This document shows positions 40,372-48,001 of a stretch of 64,000 nt of DNA, in pieces. Under the pieces are notes generated by a model. It saw only the letters and a program-made list of their open reading frames with translations, was not told the origin of the DNA and did no database searches. Numbering within the stretch: position 1 is the first letter of the stretch; every line of letters starts with the position of its first letter. Source of the DNA: a bacterium (GTDB taxonomy: Bacteria > Patescibacteriota > Patescibacteriia > JACPHY01); the NCBI GenBank assembly GCA_030647005.1, contig JAUSKG010000021.1, positions 27,105-91,104 on the forward strand. The letters run 5' to 3'. The position numbers and the translations under genes are program-made.

Positions 40372-41256
40372 ATGACCATCCGTCAACGTGGGCTCGGCAG
40401 AGGACTCTCTGCGCTCATCCCCAGCGTTCCGCCAGCGGCCTTAGAACCGCAGCAGCGCAGCACCTCGGGCATGCTCGTGGTGCCGCCGGAGCAGATCCTC
40501 CCCAACCCCATGCAGCCGCGGCGGGATTTCCCACCCGCGGAGCTTGACGCACTCGCAGCGTCCATCCGCGCGCACGGCATCCTCCAGCCGCTCGTGGTCT
40601 CTCGACGCACCGATGGCCGGTATGAGCTCATCGCGGGGGAACGTCGCTTGCGCGCATCGCGGCGCGCGGGACTCGTCACCGTCCCCATCGTTATCCGTGA
40701 CGGTGTCGTAGATGACCGGACGAAGCTCGAGCTCGCCATTGTGGAGAACGTCCAGCGCGAGCACCTCAACGCGATTGATCGCGCGCTCGCGTACGAGCAG
40801 CTCGCGGAGGAGTTCGGGCTCACGCACGAGCAGATCGCCGAGCGCGTCGGCGTTGCACGTCCGAGCATCACGCACGTCCTCCGGCTCCTCGCGCTCCCCG
40901 AAGATATGCGGCAGGCGGTGCGCGACGGGCGGGTCTCCGAGGGGCACGCGAAGGTGCTCCTCGGCATCGCGGACCCCGCGGAGCAGCGCGCGTGGTTCCT
41001 CCGCATCCTCGAGGGTGGACTCTCGGTTGCACAGGCGGCACGGGAGACGCCGCGCAAGCGGCTAGCCCCGCGATCTCCTCGCGCGGCGACCGGTACGGCA
41101 TCCGATCCCAACCTCCGCGCGAAAGCGCTCGCGCTCCAGCAACGCCTTGGCGCGAAGGTGCGCATCGAGGCGAACGCGAGCGGCGGCGGGACGATTGCCA
41201 TCACGTACACCGACCGTGAGGAGCTCGACGGTATCGTCCAGACCATCACCGCATGA
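40372..41256 (+). CDS. parB: Chromosome partitioning protein ParB/Spo0J
   Basis: GLGRGLSALI, NPMQPR, IAGERRLRA, ENVQRE. Confidence 0.97.
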   Translation: MTIRQRGLGRGLSALIPSVPPAALEPQQRSTSGMLVVPPEQILPNPMQPRRDFPPAELDALAASIRAHGILQPLVVSRRTDGRYELIAGERRLRASRRAGLVTVPIVIRDGVVDDRTKLELAIVENVQREHLNAIDRALAYEQLAEEFGLTHEQIAERVGVARPSITHVLRLLALPEDMRQAVRDGRVSEGHAKVLLGIADPAEQRAWFLRILEGGLSVAQAARETPRKRLAPRSPRAATGTASDPNLRAKALALQQRLGAKVRIEANASGGGTIAITYTDREELDGIVQTITA

Positions 41257-41263
41257 GCACGCA

Positions 41264-41299
41264 GCGAATACGTCGCGCCGAACGGCGCGACGTATTCGC
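41264..41299. terminator. Perfect hairpin between convergent parB and relA
   Basis: GCGAATACGTCGCGCC-GAAC-GGCGCGACGTATTCGC. Confidence 0.7.
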
Positions 41300-41326
41300 A
41301 TGTCAGTACTGCGGTGGAGTGGCATC

Positions 41327-42832
41327 TCACCGCGCGGCGTGGTGGCGGAGTTGCACGCGGAGTGCCTCTTTGATCTTCGAGCGCGCGTGCGTCGTGCGCA
41401 CGATGTGGAGCCAGTCCTGGCTCGGCCCCTTGCGCTTGGGGTCGGTGATGATCTCGACGATGTCGCCGCTGTTGAGTGGTCGGTCGAGGGGGTGGAGCGC
41501 GGCGTGTCCGTTGACGCGCGCGCCGATTGTGCGGTTGCCGACGTCGGTATGGATTTGGTACGCGAAGTCGAGTGGCGTCGCTCCCTCGGGGAGGTCAATG
41601 ACATCGCCGCGGGGTGTGAAGAGGAGGATGCGATCGCGGAAGACCTCTGTCTTGAGACCGGCGAGGAAGTCGTGGGGATCGTCCACGGATCGCTGCCAGT
41701 GGATGAGGGAGTCCACCCACGCGACCTGCTTGTTCGGCGCGTGGTACGTGCCGCGCTCGTGGTACCTCCAGGCCGCCGCCGCGCCCCACTCCGCCTCCTC
41801 GTGCATCTGCGGCGTTCGGATTTGGAACTCGACATACGCGCCGTCATCGGTGACGACCGTCGTGTGGATGGAGTGGTAGCCGTTCATTTTTGGGTTCGCG
41901 ATGTAGTCCTTTATGCGCCCCCTCACCGGCTTCCAATGCTGGTGAATCGCGCTGAGGACGGCGTAGCATGTCGTGATATCCTCAATGATCACGCGGAGTG
42001 CGACTATGTCATAGATACGCGTGATGTCTCGCTCGTGGAGTTGGAGTTTTTTGTATAAGCTATACTTCCCTTTCATGCGTGCGGAGGTCCCAATGATGCG
42101 AATGCCGCCCTGCGTGAGGAGCTCGGTGAGCGTCGTGCGGAGCGCGGTGCACTGCGCGCGTCGCTCATCGTATGTTTCTGCGATGAGCGTGTTGACCCAC
42201 GCGGCATCGTCTGGTGCGATGAACGGAAACGCGAGGTCCTCGAGCTGTGTCTTGATTTCCATCATGCCGAGCCGGTTCGCAATCGGCGCATGAATCTCCA
42301 AGCTCTCCTGCGCAATGCGGAGCCGTTTGTGCTCGGGGACGTATGTGAGAGTTTCGAGGTTGTGGATGCGGTCGCAGAACTTAATGATGATGACGCGGAT
42401 GTCCTGCGCCATTGCGACGAACATCTTCCGGAGGTTCTCGATGTAGCGCTGCTCGCCATGGAGACGCACCGTGCCGATTTTCGTGACACCGTCCACGAGG
42501 AAGGCGATGTCTTCTCCAAATCGTTCGCGTACGCGCGCGATCGGTATGCCCGCGTCCTCTACGACATCGTGGAGGAGGCCGGCAGCGATGATCGTCGCGT
42601 CGAGTCGCATTTCCGCAAGTTGCTGGGCAGCACCGATCGGATGGATGATGTAGGGATCGCCAGAGCAGCGTTGCTTCCCCGCGTGTGCCGCTGCGGCAAA
42701 GGCGTACGCGCGCTCGATGAGCGCGGTAGCTTCCGGCGTGCAGTACGCGGCGACGGTCGCGCGGAGCTTCGCGAGGTCGCCGCGCTCGACCGGGCGTGCA
42801 GGCGTGGGTGTCGGCACGTTGGAATCAACCAT
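41327..42832 (-). CDS. relA: RelA/SpoT (p)ppGpp synthetase/hydrolase, short HD-SYNTH-TGS form
   Basis: GDPYIIHP, LLHDVVED, DRIHNL, DIVALRVI, EFQIRT, TPLDFAY. Confidence 0.95.
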   Translation of the reverse strand: MVDSNVPTPTPARPVERGDLAKLRATVAAYCTPEATALIERAYAFAAAAHAGKQRCSGDPYIIHPIGAAQQLAEMRLDATIIAAGLLHDVVEDAGIPIARVRERFGEDIAFLVDGVTKIGTVRLHGEQRYIENLRKMFVAMAQDIRVIIIKFCDRIHNLETLTYVPEHKRLRIAQESLEIHAPIANRLGMMEIKTQLEDLAFPFIAPDDAAWVNTLIAETYDERRAQCTALRTTLTELLTQGGIRIIGTSARMKGKYSLYKKLQLHERDITRIYDIVALRVIIEDITTCYAVLSAIHQHWKPVRGRIKDYIANPKMNGYHSIHTTVVTDDGAYVEFQIRTPQMHEEAEWGAAAAWRYHERGTYHAPNKQVAWVDSLIHWQRSVDDPHDFLAGLKTEVFRDRILLFTPRGDVIDLPEGATPLDFAYQIHTDVGNRTIGARVNGHAALHPLDRPLNSGDIVEIITDPKRKGPSQDWLHIVRTTHARSKIKEALRVQLRHHAAR

Positions 42833-42929
42833 GTACCGCAAGGATACCGCTCGACGTGCGACCTGTCAAAGTGTCGCGCGTGCATGAAAACGCGGGACGA
42901 TAGGAGTATCGTCCCGCGTTGCGTGCATC

Positions 42930-44135
42930 TCACCCATTGATGTGTCCGCGGCGTACCTTGAGGAGGTGCTGTTGACAGAGTCGTGCGGCGTGTTTCCAGT
43001 CCACGCCGGTATGCTCCTTTGGGAAGCAGTGGCGGAAGAAGAGCGCGATGAGCTGGCGGAGGCGATAGAGGTACCAGTTCTCCGAGCCCTTCGAGCACCA
43101 GAGGTTTACGAAGTCCGGCGCGTCCATGAGTTGGAACTCCCACCGTGCGCCGGCGATGTCCGCGCACCACATGGTCACACGAAAGTTTCGCGCCGAGTAC
43201 TGGTTCGGTCGTCGCTCGTTCGTGTGACCGTAGCGATCGAGGTACTGCGTGCGCGTGCGTTCGATGACCGGAAGTCGGTCGTAGAGATGCTGCTCGAACG
43301 CGCGCCGGTCATGCGACGAGCAGCACACGAAGCGGAATCCGAAGGGATCAGGAATCCGCATGGCGTTGAGCGTCCGCTCGCGGAGCATACGGAGGTAGAT
43401 CGAGAATGGTCGCTTCACGCGGATGAAGACACCGACGGGCACCACGCGGTCCGCGAGCTGCACCGCCCGCATCGGCACATCCGGGAACGACTCGCTGATT
43501 GCGTGCGGGTGCGCTGCGACGATGGCGGGATCGAATCCCGCGGCGATGCACCGTTCGTGCCCGTTTCGGTTGCGTGCGTAGTGCAGTGGTAGGTGTTGCT
43601 CATCGGTCTCGAAGCACGGGTGTAGTGCTTTGAGTGCCGCGATGCGTATGAACTCGCGCTCCTCATACGACCACCCAAGTTCGTTGAGTCCCTGGATGAT
43701 CTGCGCGAGGGAGAACACCTGTCTCGCGAAGGCGACATCACGCGCGCGGCTTGCGCGCTCGAGGATCCACGGGATGAAGCTCCCAATTTGCGTTGGCATT
43801 TCGGCGAGTCCTCGTGGTATGAGTTGCCGCTGAAGTTCGCGCGGGAGGTAGTCCGCGCAGACCTGCATGATCTCCGTGTGTGCTTCCTTCAGCGCTTGGT
43901 CAGCGATGGTCTCCGGCAGTCCCATTGGGATGCCGAGGAGTCGCTGGAAGACCTGCGGCGTTGTGTGAAGCTGATCGTTGCGCGGTGCACACATTTCCTG
44001 CGCGACCACGCCGATCGTTCCCATTCTCGCGGGTGGTATGCGGTGCGGCGTGATCGCTGCGTGCTCGAGCGGGTGCTCCGATGCCACGTCCAGTGGCCCG
44101 GCCGCATCCCGCGGACTCGAACCCTGTTGTGTCAT
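42930..44135 (-). CDS. Divergent RelA/SpoT-like nucleotidyltransferase (small alarmone synthetase-like)
   Basis: RVKRPFSIYLRM...DPFGFRFV...WEFQL parallels the synthetase motifs of the adjacent RelA; GAGGAG RBS. Confidence 0.7.
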   Translation of the reverse strand: MTQQGSSPRDAAGPLDVASEHPLEHAAITPHRIPPARMGTIGVVAQEMCAPRNDQLHTTPQVFQRLLGIPMGLPETIADQALKEAHTEIMQVCADYLPRELQRQLIPRGLAEMPTQIGSFIPWILERASRARDVAFARQVFSLAQIIQGLNELGWSYEEREFIRIAALKALHPCFETDEQHLPLHYARNRNGHERCIAAGFDPAIVAAHPHAISESFPDVPMRAVQLADRVVPVGVFIRVKRPFSIYLRMLRERTLNAMRIPDPFGFRFVCCSSHDRRAFEQHLYDRLPVIERTRTQYLDRYGHTNERRPNQYSARNFRVTMWCADIAGARWEFQLMDAPDFVNLWCSKGSENWYLYRLRQLIALFFRHCFPKEHTGVDWKHAARLCQQHLLKVRRGHING

Positions 44136-44296
44136 CGTTTTCTCCTCTCGATCGTGGCACGTTCCTTCGTGTCGATGAGTGTGCGCGGATCCTTTGCCCT
44201 GTTCGTTGGTCGGGTTGTGAAGGTACGGTGCGCACCATGTTTTTCTTCCGCACGTTCTCCCTCCAGTGGGATGACTTACGTCATTTGTTTGTTTGA

Positions 44297-44324
44297 AGTA
44301 TAGCTCAATCCAGACGCCTGTCAA
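44297..44324 (-). promoter_or_regulatory. sigma70-type promoter for the RelA-like gene
   Basis: Minus strand TTGACA-16 nt-TATACT. Confidence 0.6.
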
Positions 44325-44427
44325 GTATGCGCAAAAAATGTCGTGACTCCTGTCGTATCGCTCCATAGTGGGGAGGTAATCGCCTGAAATAACCGTGTGA
44401 ATGCTCAGGGATATGCAAGAGTGCTTG

Positions 44428-44471
44428 ACGGGGTCAAGACCCCCCCCTGCATGGAAGGGGTCTGACCCCGT
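44428..44471. repeat. REP-like inverted doublet
   Basis: ACGGGGTCAAGACCCC...GGGGTCTGACCCCGT. Confidence 0.7.
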
Positions 44472-44647
44472 GGGACTTAACCCCCATTATCCGTTCGTCG
44501 AGGCGCGCACCACCTCGCGCAAGCGTCCTAGCGGCTACACGAAACTTTTTATGGGAACGGGAGTGGTTTTCACGTTGTTGCTTGACGCAGTATCGGGGGG
44601 GTACTGTGGAAGTGTCATGGGGCGTATTCATCAACATGGAGGGATCT

Positions 44648-45586
44648 ATGGGAGAACGATTCTTACCGCAGCATCTGGATAGCGAGGCGAAGCGCACGCA
44701 GACCGCGGGGTTGCCGCTCTTTGAGTGGGCACGATCCGAGCGCGTGCGCAAGGAGGGTAAGGAAGCGATTGCTTCCGAGATTGCTCATGATGAGCCGGAT
44801 TACCGATACATTGCGGATACTGCGGCGATCCTCGCGGAGCGCGTGCCGATGATGCACGCAGAGGAGTCGGGGACCATTCCGGAGCAGGGTGTTGAGCCCG
44901 CGGAGACGCGCACCGTACGCGAGGATATTCGCGCACTCGTGGGTGACGAGGATTGGCAGTATTACGCATCGCATTTCCAGCAGGGTTTTTACGGCCCGCT
45001 CGACGATATTGCTGCTGCAGCGTTGCGTACCATTGATCCGGAACGATTTGATCGCGAAGTGTCTCCGAATGATCGCGAGCGATTGTGGGACGCGGCTCGG
45101 CATGACCTCGATGATCGTGTGGGTATGTCGCCCGGAGTGCGGATCGCGACGCTCCAACGGCTATGGCAGCTCGATTCCGATCGGTTTATGCGAGAGGTCA
45201 ACGCCGATGGCAAAGAGTTTGATGACGCGCGTGATGCGATCGGTGCAGTGCTTGCAAATGAGCGTCCCTCATACATCCTTTCCTGTCTCGCTACGGCGAA
45301 GCGCATCTTTGGGCCGGAGGTGCTCGCACCACACGAGGAGACCATTCGCGCTCGTTGGGGCGAGTGGATGAACAATGCGCAGCGCATATATCAGAGCCAT
45401 GCTCCTGAGGGAATATGGCAGATGGCATTGCTCCAGCAGATTGCACCGGAGGGGCACGAGCGACCTCATCCTTCGCGTGCGGCGTGGGAGCGGGCTCGAG
45501 AAGATCTCTCACATCGACCGGCGGCCTCGTCCATGGTTGATTTGATACACCTCATGACACTCGTTGATCTCGAATTTGGCGAGTGA
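44648..45586 (+). CDS. Hypothetical protein (predicted helical)
   Basis: Long ORF; GGAGGG RBS. Confidence 0.7.
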   Translation: MGERFLPQHLDSEAKRTQTAGLPLFEWARSERVRKEGKEAIASEIAHDEPDYRYIADTAAILAERVPMMHAEESGTIPEQGVEPAETRTVREDIRALVGDEDWQYYASHFQQGFYGPLDDIAAAALRTIDPERFDREVSPNDRERLWDAARHDLDDRVGMSPGVRIATLQRLWQLDSDRFMREVNADGKEFDDARDAIGAVLANERPSYILSCLATAKRIFGPEVLAPHEETIRARWGEWMNNAQRIYQSHAPEGIWQMALLQQIAPEGHERPHPSRAAWERAREDLSHRPAASSMVDLIHLMTLVDLEFGE

Positions 45587-45673
45587 GCAGTATGTGATGG
45601 TGTGGTACAGAGAAGCACCTCGGTTCATATGGGCCGAGGTGTTTTCTTTCCTGCGGTCTGCGTTGCTATGGGT

Positions 45674-45703
45674 GAGGTCCTTCGGCTTCGCCTCAGGACG
45701 ACG
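45674..45703 (-). repeat. Solo CGTC-type repeat arm
   Basis: Reverse complement CGTCGTCCTGAGGCGAAGCCGAAGGACCTC. Confidence 0.6.
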
Positions 45704-45828
45704 CGGAGGAGGGAGCAGGGCGAAGGAGAGGGTGGCGAGGTGGGTGATGGTCGGGTACAAGTCCTGGTATGCAATGTCAATCAAAGTCATCCCCGATCCG
45801 TGGATCGGGGATGTACGCGTTGTGTGGT

Positions 45829-46386
45829 TTATGTCGGGCGCGTGAGCGCGCGGGCATCGGAGGGGCTGCGTGCGAGCACTCCGTCGCAGGTCGCGTGTTC
45901 GAGCGTGCGTACCATGCAGAGCAGGCCGAACGTCCCGGCGCGGATGCGCATTGCGACGATGCACTGCACGATGTCCAGCAGTGCGGCGTTGAGTATGTGC
46001 GCGAGTGCACGATCGTTCGGGGCGCGTTGTGCGATGCGCTCAATACAGTTCGGCACATCGGTGGATTCGTTCGGCACAAGCAGCGTGCGGAGTGTCTGCG
46101 CGTAGGTGCGCAGGGGCTCATCGAGGTTGCGGAGCAATGATGCGCGCGCACGCTCCGTGATCGTGAAATGTTGTCCGCAGGCGACGAGCTGCCCGTGCAT
46201 CGCATCGAGGCAGTGGGCCTCGATGTCCGGGGTGAACTCGAACAGAGACGCAACGTTGAGCCCGCCATGTTCGGCTGCGTGCGCAGCGATCGTGCGGCCA
46301 CGCGCGATTCCCGCCTTCACCACTTGCGCAACGCGTTCCGCGTTCTCCAGCGTCACACTGCCAGGTCTCGTACTCGTTCCGTGCAA
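45829..46386 (-). CDS. Hypothetical protein
   Basis: TTG start preceded by GAGGAGG; no family recognised. Confidence 0.5.
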   Translation of the reverse strand: MHGTSTRPGSVTLENAERVAQVVKAGIARGRTIAAHAAEHGGLNVASLFEFTPDIEAHCLDAMHGQLVACGQHFTITERARASLLRNLDEPLRTYAQTLRTLLVPNESTDVPNCIERIAQRAPNDRALAHILNAALLDIVQCIVAMRIRAGTFGLLCMVRTLEHATCDGVLARSPSDARALTRPT

Positions 46387-46554
46387 GTTTCCTCCTCGCC
46401 ACAAAGGGCTGTGGTCTATGGCAAGTATCGCTCGCGGAGCAGCGAACGTCAACCCCACTGGACATTGCACCTCGCGTGTGCTACATTGTGCCCGTGCAGC
46501 ATTGACGCGGTTTTCGGTCGCACATTTCCAAAACCAAAAGCAAGGGAGAAGTCC

Positions 46555-46803
46555 ATGAAGCGGATGTTTGTGGTGTTGTATGTGGTGATGCTTGCGCTCT
46601 TCGCTGTCGGATGTGACACGCGTTCGCAGAAAGATAGGCTTCGTGAGTGGGAGAAGGAGCAAGGGAACTTGGTGGTGGCCAACATGCACTATATACAGGA
46701 CGCGCGTACCGGTTTGTGCTTCGCCCACGTCTTCAGAGAGTGGTCTCTCGCGACCGTTCCCTGCGAGGCGGTCCCTTCCCACCTGCTGCTCGTGGTGAGG
46801 TGA
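46555..46803 (+). CDS. Small lipoprotein
   Basis: MKR-hydrophobic-FAVGC lipobox; YIQDARTGLCFA...LATVPCE. Confidence 0.7.
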   Translation: MKRMFVVLYVVMLALFAVGCDTRSQKDRLREWEKEQGNLVVANMHYIQDARTGLCFAHVFREWSLATVPCEAVPSHLLLVVR

Positions 46804-46809
46804 ATTGCC

Positions 46810-47239
46810 ATGCAATCAGCCCTCCTCGTCTCGGCGGCGATGCTGCTCTACGCGGTGCAGAACGTGGTCATCGAGCAGAAGTTCGTGCGGGTGCCGGTGG
46901 TAGTGCTGCTCGTCATCTGCTACGCGGTGATGCTGCCGCTCGCGCTCCTGCGCTTCTGGCATCTCAGGGGTGTTGCCGGTGCCGCAACGTTGCCAACTGG
47001 CACGCTCCTCGCGCTCGCGCTTGGGATGGGTGTCGTGTTGTTCCTCGCGGACTACTGCTCCATGGGCCTACGCCGCAGGCGGATCGCTCATGTCCATCAC
47101 GGTCATCGCGATCCTGTTGCCGGTGTTCGCATCCATCGCGAAGTTCGCGTGGACGCATGAGCTGCCGAACGGCTACCAGCTCGCCGGCTACGCGCTCGCG
47201 GTCATCGCGATCGTTCTTGTTGGCAAAGGCGACGCGTAA
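46810..47239 (+). pseudogene. Frameshifted DMT/EamA-like small membrane protein
   Basis: Hydrophobic frame changes near 47065 (ATGGGCCTACGCC) and continues as AYAAGGSL...QLAGYALAVIAIVLV. Confidence 0.65.
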
Positions 47240-47246
47240 CGCACGA

Positions 47247-47282
47247 AAGAACCTCGGTCTTCGGACCGAGGTTCTTCCTTTT
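47247..47282 (+). terminator. Rho-independent terminator
   Basis: AAGAACCTCGGTC-TTCG-GACCGAGGTTCTT then CCTTTT. Confidence 0.75.
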
Positions 47283-47304
47283 GAGGGGGGGTGTTGAGGG
47301 GGAT

Positions 47305-47985
47305 GAGATTTCTCGACTCGCGGACTCGCTCGAAATGACGAGGGAGGATAGGACTCGCTCGAAATGACGAAGGAAGGTGGAACCCGCTCGAAATGACGAA
47401 GGAAGTTTGTTCCACCTCATTTACCGTCATCTCGACCAAGCGAGTCCTCGAGCGCGTGGAGAGATCTCGTCAGCACAGTTCGGGGTACAAGTCGCGCAAT
47501 GCGGGGTTCGTGGCTCTGATGAGTTCCAGCTTCTTAATCCTGCTCCAGCGTTTGAGCTGCTTCTCGCGCTCGATAGCATCCATGGCGGTCGCGTACTGCT
47601 CGTAGTAGATGAGGACAGTGCAGTGGTATCGCTCGGTAAACCCTCTGACAAATTTTTCCTGATGCTCCCAAACGCGGCGGATGAGGTTGTTGGTGATACC
47701 GATGTAGAGGACGGTGCGTTTGACGTTCGTGAGAATGTAGACGTAGTAGTGGCGCTCGTCCATAGCGTGAGATCTCTCGACTTCGCTCCGCTCCGCTCGA
47801 GATGACGGGGGGGCAGGAAGGGATCGCTCGAGATGACGAGAGTGGGATTGCTTTGTGTTTCATTCCTCGTCATCTCGACCAAGCGAGTCCTCGAGCGCGT
47901 GGAGAGATCTCGTCAGCACAGTTCGGGGCGCATTTCGCGTAGCGCGACAAGATTTCTCCGCTCGCGGACTCGGTCGAAATGACGG
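47305..47985. mobile_element. GIY-YIG nuclease gene embedded in CGTC-type repeats with 61-bp perfect direct repeats
   Basis: 47425-47485 identical to 47868-47928; several GCTCGAAATGACG / GAGATCTC arms. Confidence 0.7.
47470..47763 (-). CDS. Small GIY-YIG nuclease (UPF0213-like)
   Basis: YYVYIL..LYIGITNNLIRRVWEH...AIEREKQLKRWSRIKK. Confidence 0.95.
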   Translation of the reverse strand: MDERHYYVYILTNVKRTVLYIGITNNLIRRVWEHQEKFVRGFTERYHCTVLIYYEQYATAMDAIEREKQLKRWSRIKKLELIRATNPALRDLYPELC

Positions 47986-48001
47986 AGGAGGAGAGGTCCA
48001 C

